In this document: in pieces, positions 25,250-37,001 of the stretch
How the letters are laid out: every line of letters starts with the position of its first letter
Position numbering within the stretch: position 1 is the stretch's first letter
From: Chiloscyllium plagiosum
Taxonomy: Eukaryota
NCBI RefSeq assembly: GCF_004010195.1
Contig: NC_057719.1
Coordinates: 45,564,658 to 45,628,657, forward strand
Reading direction: 5' to 3'
Length of the DNA: 64,000 nucleotides
Notes under the pieces: model-generated
What the model was told of the DNA's origin: nothing
What the model saw: only the letters and a program-made list of their open reading frames with translations
Database searches by the model: none
Translations under genes and position numbers: made by a program

Positions 25250-26200
25250 TCTGGAGGGTCATGTTAAGGAGAGCATGGGCAAACCACCTCAATGTCCAAA
25301 GTCTTCACATGAGGGTACTGCAAGGTGACACTGTTCCAGGCACCACCAGTGGTCCTTGTACAGATGGCCTTGGTCTAGTGCCTGTGTGGTTCTGTATCAG
25401 GGTGCCACAAATGGATGGGTTACCATTTATTTAAAAGTTAACCTTTGACTCCCAGATATTGGATGGAGTGAAGATCTGTGGCACTCTGGACCACTGGAAG
25501 CTGAAGAATTTAATATCCACTGGACATACATTAGCAGATAGATCTTCTGATCACAGAGAAACTGAAGATTGAGAGAATATAAATCCTTCCTGTTGAAGAA
25601 CTTCACTCGTGGGCCATTGGGTATCCCAGTGGCTACATGGGTACTAAAAATGACTTCCAGTATCTGGGTGAAAGTGAGGACTGCAGATGCTGGAGATTAG
25701 AGTCGAGAGTGTGGTGCGGGAAAAGCACAGCAGGTCAGGCAGCATCTGAGGAGCAGGAGAATCAATGTCTCGGGCAAAAGCCCTTCGTCCAGAATAAGGC
25801 TGTGAGCCGAGGGGGTGGTGAGATAAATGAGAGGGGGGTGCGACTGGGGGGGAGGTAGCAGAGAATGTGATAGGTAGATGGAGGTAGGGGTAATGGTGAT
25901 AGGTCGGAGAGGAGAGTGGAGCAGATAGGTGGGAAGGAAGATGGACAGGTTGGACAGATTGCACCTGGAGCAATCCATCAAAGATGGGGCCCATGTGTGA
26001 ATCATATACGCTGCCCTGCTCTCACATAAAGGGCATCAGTAAACTGTAATGGTGGGCAGTACACTGAGATACCACTGAGTCCCTCAAATGATCCTTGGAG
26101 GCATCTGTAAATAATGAAATTCATGGCTATTGGCTGGACTTGGCGATTGATGCATTCGTTATGAGATCTTCCAAGACAAGGTAACAAATCTCTGGTGGCA
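25250..26200 (-). pseudogene. Decayed PIF/Harbinger (HARBI1-like) DDE transposase
   Basis: Minus-strand pieces read EICYLVLEDL, QGSFEGLSGIS...TDALYVRAGQRI and STHVATGIPNGPRVKFFNRKDLYSLNLQFLCDQK. These resemble GSFQ, TDAL and IDCTHV..NRKGFHSLNVQLVCD. Split by a Penelope repeat at 25668-25975. Confidence 0.75.
25668..25975 (-). mobile_element. Penelope family 1 terminal repeat plus 3' region
   Basis: gaaagtgaggactgcagatgctggagattagag...gcccttcgtccag followed by a G-rich tract like that at 42780-42840. Confidence 0.8.
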
Positions 26201-27589
26201 GCTGTCTAGAGCATTGCAGCCTCCTGTGGCAATAATTCTCAGTGATCTCAAGGTAGTTCTCTCCTTGGTGGTCCAGTCAATGGTCTGCATCCGTGACTGG
26301 CCCCCCATCATATTGTTATCTCCATGCACTTAGTTTGCTCCAAACCAACATCCAGCCTATGTGCCTGGGTCACAATTTCTATTTACCACACCCCCCAACA
26401 ACTATTCAATGAGTTCTTTAAGAATATTATATGCGGATTGTTAAATTCTCATGGCTGGCCTAGCCCTAACCCTGCTCCCGATGAAACTCATTCAGAACAG
26501 GAACAGAAATAGGAAATTGCCACATGGTTGTTTTCCATGTCAATCTGTCCAACAGGACCTAACCATCCTGTCCCTTTATTTAGGTTTAGTTTGCCTGCTT
26601 TGGGAAATACTTTCTTTAACTTTGGGTGTTATAAAGTGTGATCAGATGCTAGGTGACAATATGGATTTTTTGCTATCTCTGCCCAAATGGAAAGCTCACA
26701 TGATCCCTAAGTTGACTCTTTTTGAGAAAGCTCACCAAAAGAAGTGCCAATTTAAATGAAATTAAAGTAAAAAAAATGTCAGTACTTAGCAGGTCAGGCA
26801 GTAGATGTGAAGGGGGATACAGGGTTAACAGTTTAGTTTGATGACTTTTCATTAGAACTATTCAGTTTATGTTTGTCCTCATTTTCAAAATGCATCACTT
26901 CCCATCAAATTTAATTGGCCACATATCTACCAATGTCATCAGCCTGTCCATGTCCTGTGAGTTTTATTATCCTCAATATTATGAGGAAGAGGAATGCACA
27001 GAGAGGAATTAAAATATGAAATGAGAAACGGGATTGACAATTGTATTTATACCAACTTTTAAAAATAAAATGAATAAATATTAAACATAAAAATGTGCGG
27101 ACAAAATGTTTGGGGATGGAACAGCTGGAACAGATACAAACAGTTAAATTGTTTTATTCTGGGCTGTAAAAGCCTACAATTTATATTTGTCATGAAAAAT
27201 AGAAGATGAATATAACCCTGAATGGGAATGAAAGGATACTGCCTCAAGCTGTGGAGTTGTTAAATCTTGCCCAATGCCACAGGTAGCAACAATTTGACAG
27301 AATGTGCTGCCGTTAATGTTCCAGCTGTATAATTTTTGCAGTTAAATTTAACAGTAGCAAATGTACCCAAACTGACCAGAACTACATACAAATATTCGGC
27401 TGTTCAGATGCAGCAAGCTAGGGTTCTCATAACAGCATAGAGCAACCTATTCACTCACATCATAAAGATGTCTACAAAGACTGAAATAATATTTTTGGGA
27501 AGTCAAACTTAGGACTAATATTAGAAATTTTTACATATAATTCATTAGGATATATCCAAATTACAACATCCTGAATTATGCTATTTCAT

Positions 27590-28850
27590 GTAAATATAGG
27601 TTAAACTCTAAAATATACTTCTTATAATGTGTCACCTGAAACTATAGACAATACTGCAGCTGAGGTCTAACATGGGTCTTGTATAGCTTTCACATAACCT
27701 CCTTCCTTTTGCACTAATAAAGACCATATCTGCTTTATTAACTGCTCTCTTCACTTAGGCGAAAGTGAGGACTGCAGATGCTGGAGATTAGAGTCGAGAG
27801 TGTGGTGCGGGAAAAGCACAGCAGGTCAGGCAGCATCCGAGGAGCAGGAGAATCGATGTTTCAGGCAAAAGCCCTTCATCAGGAATGAGGCCTCTTCAAT
27901 TGTCCTGCCATGATCAGGGATCTGCGCATACATCCAGGTCTTCTGCTCCTGCACTCCCTTAAGTATTTCATCCCATACTTTATGTGGTCTGTCCATATTC
28001 TTCCTTCCAAAATATATTATCTCTCATTTCCTTGCATTGAACTTTATCTGCCACCTATTTACCTACACCACCATATATCTATGCTCTTTTTAGTGTACTT
28101 CTACACTACACTCCTCACATTTTATAATGCTTCCAAATTCATAGCATCCGCAAACTTTGAAATTGCTCCCTCCACATCAAGATCTAGGTTATTAATATGT
28201 ATCAGGAAGAGCAAGGTTCCCAATAACAACTCTAGTACAAACTTTCCTCAAGTCCAAAAAATATCTATTGACTATCACTTTCTGTTTCCTATTGCTCAGC
28301 CAATTTTGTGTCGGTATTGCTACTTTCTGCCTTATTCAATGACCAAGCATTTTTTTTCCCACAAGCCTGTTGTGTGGCACTGTATTGAACACTTATGCCA
28401 CCATACTCATCAACCTTTTCTATTACCTCTGCAAATACTTTGGCAAGTTAGTTTAACAAGATTTCCCCTTTCAAAATCCATGCTGTATCTTCCAAATCAA
28501 CCCACCCTTTTCCATGTAAGTCTATTTCTATTTTGTTCTGAATAAATGTTTTTATAAACTACCCCACCACTGAACTTAAACTGCTGAGCGTATTCTTACA
28601 ATATCTTTTGACTAAATCTAATCTTTGAATAAGTTTAATTTCTGCAATTCTCCTGTTTTCTGGCATCTCTCCCAAGTCAAGGGCAGATTGAAACAATATT
28701 TTCACTGGACTTTCTACTCTCACTTTTTTCAATATTCTTCAATGCATCTCATCCACTCCCAGTGCCTTGTGAACTTTCAATGTCAATAGCTTTGCAACAT
28801 TTTCTCCTTAACAATTTCAAATCTTTCTAGTGACAGAGCTTCTTCCTCTA
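27590..28850 (-). mobile_element. Old CR1 ORF2 fragment
   Basis: Antisense KFAD region (gcatccgcaaactttgaaatt) and YCLxF region; interrupted at 27757-27891. Confidence 0.75.
27757..27891 (-). mobile_element. Penelope family 1 terminal repeat with CUGAUGA hammerhead core
   Basis: Minus strand reads CTGATGAAGGGCttttGCCTGAAACATC; flanked by ctcttcactt / ctcttcaatt. Confidence 0.85.
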
Positions 28851-29072
28851 CAAAGCCATGCTGTCACAGCAGACAGCCACATAGCTGACACTCACTTGCA
28901 CAAACAACCCCATTTTCTCACCTGAGTCAGCGTTTAACCATCCGGCCACACAGTGTTCCTGTCCATAGTTAATTTCTGTTTGAATACCTTCTCTAGGTCA
29001 CCTCTACTCTGTCCTTAATGTCCACTGTAGACCAAACATCTGATCATTGTTCAGTAAGGATCATCCCATATA

Positions 29073-29261
29073 GGAGAAAGTGAGGTCTGCAGATGCTGGA
29101 GATCAGAGCTGGAAATGTGGTTGCTGGAAAAGCGCAGCAGGTCAGGCAGCATCCAGGGAACAGGAGAATCGACGTTTCGGGCTTATGCCCGAAACGTCGA
29201 TTCTCCTGTTCCCTGGATGCTGCCTGACCTGCTGCGCTTTTCCAGCAACACATTTCCAGCC
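29073..29261. mobile_element. Penelope family 1 hairpin insertion, centred on hammerhead stem II
   Basis: Symmetric around tcgacgtttcgggc-ttat-gcccgaaacgtcga. TSD atcatcccata(t/c)agg at 29060-29074 and 29262-29276. Confidence 0.9.
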
Positions 29262-29494
29262 ATCATCCCATACAGGCAAGCAATCAGGCAAATACAAACA
29301 CAAACATGAGCTTTTATTTCCAAGATGGCAGAAGTGGAGGAGCAGTGTCTGGGCTTCTCAGCCTAGGGCTCATCCATCCCATCTACTTTTTCTCTTTCTT
29401 TCTATTTTATTGTTCTTCTTCTCTCTTTTTCTAAGTTTTCTTTGTGTAGAAAACTTACTGTGGAATGGCAGTGATAGCATTGGAGTGGCTGAGG

Positions 29495-30305
29495 TTGGAG
29501 CAGAGTGGGATGGGATGGCCAGCAGGCTGGAAGCCTGAGCAGAAAGGGACAGCAGCAGGCTGAGAGGCCTGAGCAGAGCAGAGTGAAGTGGGAAGGCCAG
29601 CAGGCTGGAGGCCTGAGCAGAGCAGAATGAGACACCCAGCAGGCTGGAGGCCTGAGCAGAGCGGAGTGGGATAGCCAGCAGGCTGGAGGCCTGAGCAGAG
29701 CAGAGAGGGACAGTCAGCGGCCTGGAGGCCTAAGCAGAGCGGAGTGGGATGGACAGCCAGCAGGCTGGAGGATTAAGCAGAGCAGAGTGATACCAGATGG
29801 CCAGCAGGCTGGAGGCCTGAGCAGTCGGGACGGGATGGCCAGCAAGCTGGTGGCTTGAACAGAGCGGGACGGGATGGCCAGCAGGCTGGAGGCCTGAACA
29901 GAGCGGGATGGGATGGGAGGCAGAGCAGAGCTGAGTGGGACAGCCAGCAGGCTGGAGGCCCGAGCAATGCAGAATGGAGCAGGAGGGGAAGGCCAACAGG
30001 TTGGAGGCCCGAGCAGTGCGGAATGGAGCAGGAGGGAATGGCCAACAGACTGAAGGCCTGAGCAGAGCAGAGCGGACAGCCAGCAGACTGGAGGCCTGAG
30101 CAATGCGGAATGGAGAAGGAGGGGAAGGCCAGCAGGCTGGAGGCCTGAGCAGAGCGGGATGGGATGGGACGGCCAGTAGGCTGGAGGCCTGAACAGAGCA
30201 GGATAGGATGGGACGGCCAGCAGGCTAGAGGCCTAAGAAGAGTGGGACAGGACGGCCAGCATCCTGCAGGCCTGAGCAGAGTGGGGTGGAATGGGACAGC
30301 CAGCA
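29495..30305. repeat. GC-rich minisatellite, ~35-50 bp unit, about 20 copies
   Basis: Constant core gccagcaggctggaggcctgagcagagc separated by variable purine-rich linkers. Confidence 0.95.
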
Positions 30306-30325
30306 TACCAGGAGCGGAGCAGGTA

Positions 30326-30868
30326 CAGTCATAGAGTCATAGTGTCATAGAGATGTACAGCACAGAAACAGACCCTTCGGTCCAACGTCCATGACAACCA
30401 GATATTCTAACCTAATCTAATCCCATTAGTCAGCACTTGACCAATATTCCTCAAAACCCTTCCCAATCATATACCCATCTAATGCATTTTAATTGTTGTA
30501 ATTGTACCAGCCTCCACTACTTCCCCTGGCAGCTCATTCCATACATGCACCACCACACGCGTGAAAAAAGGTGTCCCTTTCAAATCTTTCCCCCTCACCC
30601 TAGACCTATGCCCTCTAGTTCTGGACTCCTCCAAACACGGAAAAGACCTTGTCTATTTACCTTATCCATGCCCCTCATGATTTTATAAACCTCTGGAAGG
30701 TCACCCCTTAGCCTCCGATGCTCCAGGGAAAACAGTTCCAGCCTATTCAGCCTCTCCCAATAGCTCAAACCCTCAACCCTGGCAACATCCTTGTAAATCA
30801 TTTCTGAACCCTTTCAAATTTCACAACATCCTTCCAATAGGACGGAGACTAGAACTGCACACAATATT
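30326..30868 (-). mobile_element. CR1 (HER1-like) 3' fragment
   Basis: Minus ORF gives RLRGDLPEVYKIMRGMDKVN; (catagagt)n tail. Confidence 0.9.
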
Positions 30869-31335
30869 TATATTTTCTTCGAAGCCAAAACAATTTCACT
30901 TTTAATAAAACATACTTGGTAGATCATATCCATCAGACAGCTCCAAACTAGACAGAGTGTAAAATGTCTCCAAACATTGTGAAGTATATTCCAGAGAATA
31001 GTTCCTTTCTTGCACCTTACACCTTTTTTCACTTTATTGTGAAAGCATCAACCCTCTCTCCCCCTCTATAATGAACTTAATTTTATTCTTTCTAGGCACT
31101 GTTTTGTGGATCCTGAGTGAATTAAAAACTTCAGTGTGTGCCAATTGTTTTGTCTGCAGGAACAATGGAGATTTCAAACAAAATGTAAACAGCCAGAGTT
31201 ACGTTGATTGTGGATTTGCAGTTTTCAGTCAGACAGGGAAGCAGTGTGTAGATTGCTGAAATCGGGGGATGTGGGCAGGATGTCCATCTTGCCTCCCATT
31301 CACTCACACCCTTGCCCCATGTAGATGGGGACAAC

Positions 31336-31975
31336 CTGAGCTCAGCCCCCCAATACCAGCTCCCCCCAAAGCTGGGGGGACCAGCCTGGGCTCAGACCCT
31401 AACATGAGCTCCCCCCAAAGCTGAGGGGACCAGCCTGGGTTCAGACCCCAACACCAGCTCCCCACAAAGCTGGGGGGACCAGCCTGGGCTCAGACCCCAA
31501 CATGAGCTCCCCCCAAAGCTGAGGGGACCAGCCTGGGTTCAGACCCCAACACCAGCTCCCCACAAAGCTGGGGGAACCAGCCTGGGTTCAGACCCCAACA
31601 GCAGCCCCCCCCCAAAGCTGAGGGGACCAGCCTGGGCTCAGACTCCAACACCAGCTCCCCCCAAAGCTGGGGGGACCAGCCTGGGTTCAGACCCCAACTC
31701 CAGCTCCCCCCAAAGCTGGGGGGACCAGCCTGGGCTCAAACCCCAACACCAGCTCCCCCCAAAGCTGGGGAGGGAGAACAGCTTGGGCTCAGACCCCAAC
31801 AGCAGCTCCCCCCAAAAGCTGAGGGGACCAGCCCGGGCTCAGACCCCAACAACAGCTCCCCCCAAAACTGGGGGGACCAGCCTGGGCTCAGACCCCAACA
31901 CCAGCTCACCCCAAAGCTGGGGGGACCAGCCTGGGATCAGCCCTCCCAAAGCTGGGGGTACAAGCTGGGGCTCTG
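31336..31975. repeat. ~49-bp minisatellite, about 12 copies
   Basis: Unit ccccaacaccagctccccccaaagctggggggaccagcctgggctcaga. Confidence 0.95.
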
Positions 31976-33334
31976 GCCACTACATGGACTGGGGACTGTT
32001 GCGGGCTGTCTGCAGCTTGCGAGTCCAGTCAGACCATATATGGAAGTCCCCTGGTTTGATCTATTTCAGGCCTTTTATAGAAAGATTGTAATGTTTATCA
32101 CTTCAACTTTATGTCTTTGTTTCTAACTTACACGATGAATAACTGTAAAGGTGCCAGATCTTTCTTTTTCTTTAATTCTGTATTTTGTATCTAAGTACTT
32201 TGTGCCTAAGAAGGCTCTGCCTGGGGACATACTGTAAACTTTTCACTCTACCCCTGTACTTCTGCCCTTGAGTATATGTGACAGTAAACCTAATTCTAAT
32301 TCTGATTCGTTTGATGCTGCCAGGCAACTTGCCACAACCCTTACTCAGAGCCTGAAATGGTTCCATCCACAATTATGACACAAATTGAACAACTGCACAC
32401 CAATGCACCAAACTGAGAGACAGGAAAAATATTCTGAAGTATCAGGTCGCACACTCATCTTAATCTTTTGCCCAGGCCAAACACAGAATATTTTCGTTTA
32501 CTTGTACATATAAATTAAGTTTTAGATTGTAAAAATAAATGCAAAATGGATCTTTCTGTTTTCAGTCCAACTTCTGTAAGTATTCCTTGGTTGGGAAGTG
32601 TCATAACCCAAAAGTAAGGCTTGGCAAAGATTTTTCTCTACTGCTAAAGTGGCTTTTCATGAATTATATTACTACTTATGCTCAGAAATACTGGACCACT
32701 AAGTCTTGTTTCCTTGTGGAAAGATTCCAATGTATTTCAAACATCAACACTCAGAACAACCAAAAATCAAATCTATGCTAATGTACCACATATGTTTAAC
32801 AGCTAGCTGTGGAGTGACCCAATTTAGCAAAACCACAGTGTATTTAAATAAACAACAGTCTGACTTAAAAGAACTGAGGAGAATTGTTAGCCTATTGCCT
32901 GATTTGCTGGATGACATTTGATCTATTTCATTATGGTAAGTAAGGAGAAAAACCCAAGGAAAAATTTGCCAGTTCAACAATTTCCTGAAGTGTCACTATC
33001 TTTGACTGCATTTAGCAAAGACAGACAATTTGAAAATAATCATATGGGCAACACTCTGTTCTCTGACCAACATGAAGAGGAAATGGGTGGAGACCTGTTG
33101 TTTTAGGTCCCTTCTATAATAAAGTTCAGGATTTCCTGACCTTTCCCAATAGAAATAATGAAGCTCGGGCTGGCAGTGCTGATGTGTAACATGAACTTCA
33201 CACTTTGAGTTTGATGTTATTCTGACCTTTTTATTTTTCTTTTCCTGACTTTGGCCTGGACAGTAGGCACTCAGCCCTACCCACTTCAATCTGTGCACGT
33301 AGTGAACCAGATAGGCTTTCCCAGGAACTGACAC

Positions 33335-33479
33335 ATCATTAGACTCTTAATTCCAGATCTTGATTGAATTCAAACTCTACCAGCTGCCATGGCGGGATTT
33401 GAGCCCAGGTCCCTGGAACATTACCTGAGTCTGTGGATTAACAGGGTAGAGATTACACCACAAGGCCATCACCTTCCTC
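33335..33479 (-). mobile_element. 5' part of the tRNA-headed SINE (same family as 34241-34576)
   Basis: Matches 10835-10982. Confidence 0.7.
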
Positions 33480-34240
33480 TAGACATGTGCAGTCTACCAT
33501 GTTCACTGTTAAAGTTATTTTCTTTTGTCATGTGTTTTTATGCCACACTGAGTTTTGTGTTTGATACAGATTGAATAGGGAGAAGGCAAAGTCAGAATTG
33601 CCTTTAGATTTTGCCTTCTAGGTAACACTATTTATTAGTCTTTCATCTTAAATACGACAATATTGCCAAATATAGTCATATCAAGCTATGAATCACATCA
33701 GGTGAGGACTACTTTCTGTATTTCTTCAGAGGGCCTCAGTCTGGTGTGTTGTACAGAATAATCCATTTAGGCTGATCTAACTCCATTCATACTATGTATT
33801 TCTACTCAGTGATGTGCCATTCTGGGAAATCATCACAAGATTTCTCTAGGGTCCTGAAGCCCTTATACAACAACCATCCCAAAACCTCCACCAAACTACA
33901 CCACCCCCCCCCACCCATACATGTGGTCACTGTAAACAGAACTGAGGACAAGTTTGTGACTCATGACTGACTTGGTTCTACAGGACACGAAGAAAACGTA
34001 TAGTGTTAGGGAATTCATTACTTAGGGAATTGAGCAGATGCATCTGTGGCCATAGACATGATTTCAGAATGGTATGTCACCTCCCTGGTGCCAGAGTGAA
34101 GAATGTTATGGAGCAACTGCAGGATATTCTTCTGTGGGAGGGCTGTGGTCTGGCTTGGTACCAAAGACTTGGACAGGAAGGGACATGTGGTCCTGCAATT
34201 AGAATGTAGGGAGCTAGGTAGAAAGTTACCAAGCAGGACT

Positions 34241-34576
34241 TGGGGAGGTGATGGCCTGGTGGTATTGTCGTTGGGCTGTTAAGCCAGTAGACCAGTAATG
34301 TCCAGGGAATCTGCGTTCGAATCCCGCTATGGTGGATTTTAAATTCTATACAAATCTGATGTTGAAGAGTCTAACATTGACCATGAAGTCATTGTTTGGT
34401 TTACTGGTTCACTAATATCCTTTAGGGAAGAAAACTCTATCCTCACCTGGTCTAGCCTGCATGTGACTCCAGACTCACAGCAATGTGGTTGACTCTTAAC
34501 TGCCTTCAGAGCAATTAGGGATGGGCAGTAAGTGCTGGTCCAGTCAGTGATACTCTTTGACCTGTGAATGAAAAAA
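34241..34576 (+). mobile_element. tRNA-headed SINE with LINE family B 3' tail
   Basis: A/B-box-like tggcctggtgg...gttcgaatcc; tail gcaattagggatgggcagtaagtgctgg...gaatgaaaaaa resembles 22520-22575. Confidence 0.8.
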
Positions 34577-34649
34577 GCATTTTATCTAATTTCCACATTA
34601 ATACTGGTGGCATGTGCATGTGAGTACAGAAATAAAATGATAAGGCAGG

Positions 34650-35432
34650 TGAATGTCATGCAAAGATACCAATCTCTCCCTCAATGTCTGCAAACTAAAG
34701 AGCTGATTGTTGACTTCAAAAGGCAAAGAGGAGGACATGCCCCTATCTACATAAATGGAGCTGAGGTGGAGATGGTCAAGAGTGTCAGGTTCCTCGGAGT
34801 GACAATCACCAACAATCTGTCCTGGAGCACCCATGTTGATGCAACAGTCAAGAATAATGCCTCCTCCTCCTCAGGAGGCTAAGGAAGTTCGGCATGTCCA
34901 TAAGTACTCTCACCAACAGTTAGAGATGCATCATAGAAAGCATTCTATCTGGATGCATCACAGCTTGGTGCAGCAACTGTTGTGCCCAGGACGGTAAGAA
35001 ACTACAGAGAGTTGTGAACACAGCCCAGATCATCATGTAAGCCTACCTTCCATTCATCGACTCCATCTATACTTCTTGTGGAAAGGTAGCCAACATCATC
35101 AAAGACTCCTCCTACCCTAGTTATAATCTCATCCAACCTTTTCTGTCAGGCAGAGGATACAAAAACTTTAACACATGTACCAACAGGTTTTCAAGGACAG
35201 CTTCTTCCCTGCTGATATTAGACCTTTGAATGGACCTCTCAAATTTCAAATCTAATGTTGATCTTGTTTTTTGTACATCTTCTTGACAGCATAACTTTGT
35301 AGTCCTCACTCTGTTCAGTCACCCTATGAGCTTTGTGTTTTTGTATGATGTAAACTGCTATACTACACGCATACAAAACTTTTCACCTCACCTAGATACA
35401 CGTGACAATAATTAATTAAATCAAATCAAATA
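34650..35432 (+). mobile_element. Rex1/Babar-type LINE 3' fragment
   Basis: Translates to TKELIVDFKRQRGGHAPIYINGAEVEMVKSVRFLGVTI; tail gtgacaataa...(aaatc)n. Confidence 0.88.
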
Positions 35433-35847
35433 GAATCTATGTCTGGAAAGATGGTGCAAAAGAGAAGGTTTTAGATTTTTGGGAGATTGGGATTGGCTCT
35501 GGGGAAGATGACACCTATACTTGTGGACCATTTAGCTGTTGCTATTGGGAGGATTTCAAACTAACTTAGATGTGATGTGGAAATCAAGAGAGAATATTGG
35601 AGAGGGATACCAGGGTATACAAAATACTTGGAGAGGCAGATAGCCCTAATATAGAGAATAGAAAGTAAATGGGTGTAATAAAGTAATGAAGTTAAAATTT
35701 TAAAAAGGATACAGTTAAAATTGCTTGGTGTAGAATATAGACAATCAACCGGAGGAACAAATCCTCAAGGCAATTACAGAAAGATGTCATTGTATTGTTG
35801 TAATTGTGTACTTTAACTATCCAAATGTAGGCTGGAACAGTATTTCT

Positions 35848-36062
35848 AGGAGAAAGTGAGGACTACAGATGCTGGAGACCAGAGTTGAAAAATGTGGTGC
35901 TGGAAAAACACAGCAGGCCAGGCAGCATCTGAGGAGCAGGAGAATCGACTTCGGGCATAAGCCCTTCTTCAGGAAGAAGGGCTAATGCCCGAAACGTCGA
36001 TTCTCCTGCTCCTCGGATGCTGCCTGGCCTGCTGTGTTTTTCCAGCACCACATTTTTCAACT
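35848..36062. mobile_element. Penelope family 1 hairpin insertion
   Basis: Inverted arms. 16-bp TSD ctggaacagtatttct at 35832-35847 and 36063-36078. Confidence 0.9.
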
Positions 36063-36987
36063 CTGGAACAGTATTTCTGTTAAGAATAGAAATGCTCCTG
36101 GATTAATGCTCCAAGGAAAGTTTCCTACAGCACAGTTTGCCCAGTCTAACTAGAAAAGATGCATGGTTGGGCTTGGTTCTTGAAGTTGAAGCAGGCTAAG
36201 TAGATCAGTTTAAGAGACTGTGATCACTGGATCATAAGATTTAATGTGATGATAGTAAAGCACAACAGACAATGCAGAGTATAAATAATTAATAATTAAT
36301 TGTAGACAACTGGCTTCATAAGGAGCTAAGACAGGCAAATTGGAGTAAAATATTGATTAGGAAAACTGCAGCTGAATGATGGGTGACCTTCAAAGAGAAG
36401 ATGGTTCTGGTATGGTCAAAGTATATTTCCTTAGAGGAAAGGAAGGGCAGACAAATCTAGAGCTCCTGAGTGAAAATTGTTATAGAAATGAACATGAATA
36501 AGAAAAAAAAGTGTGCTTATGCAATTGAGAACTGAAACTGGTGAAACAAGTGATTTGATGGTGGTTTAATTAAAATAAAACAAAATGACTTCTCCACACA
36601 GTGCCTAGTATATTAAAGCTTTGAGAAAGAACAGGGCACCATGGGGCTGGAGTGCATTATCTTCCCTTCCAGCACTATTTTCAATTAACCCCTTCTTCTT
36701 TCCTTATCCTTCCTCTATTTATGATGCTGTTGCATTGCCCCAAGTGGGCCATGATTGTTAACTGTTGTATGCTTTAAATTGTTAACTCGGTGATGTAGTG
36801 GTGGATGTCAACAAAAAAAAGCTGCTTTCCTCTCAACTGAAGCATTGTTTGCTGGACAGGGAAAAGTTGTAGAAGGAAAGATGGAAACTGATGTTTATTT
36901 TAAACAATAGATTAACAATAAAGCTCTTGTAAATCTTTGAAGGTCTTTGCCTCCTAATTTAACATATTTTTATCAGCATAAGAAACG

Positions 36988-37001
36988 TGGTAACAGAGGA
37001 T
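36988..37001 (+). promoter_or_regulatory. Primer-binding site complementary to initiator tRNA-Met
   Basis: TGGTAACAGAGGAT matches the expected TGGTAGCAGAGGAT at 13/14, just after the putative 5' LTR. Confidence 0.8.

Larger units (their letters stand above)
33985..36530 (+). mobile_element. CR1 LINE ORF1 esterase and ORF2 N-terminal remnant with nested inserts
   Basis: Translates to LGNSLLRELSRCICGHRHDFRMVCHLPGARVKNV (SGNH-like ORF1). It resumes at ~35430, with endonuclease-like text (tactttaactatcc) near 35810. Confidence 0.75.

Noticed and set aside
27910..28545. 211-aa plus-strand ORF
   Set aside because: It is the antisense frame of a decayed CR1 with no recognisable domain.
29714..30306. 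Long ORFs of 129 and 177 aa
   Set aside because: They are stop-free frames produced by the minisatellite.
29495..31975. Repeat-spacer arrays as CRISPR
   Set aside because: The spacers are related low-complexity variants or absent, the context is vertebrate, and no cas genes are present.
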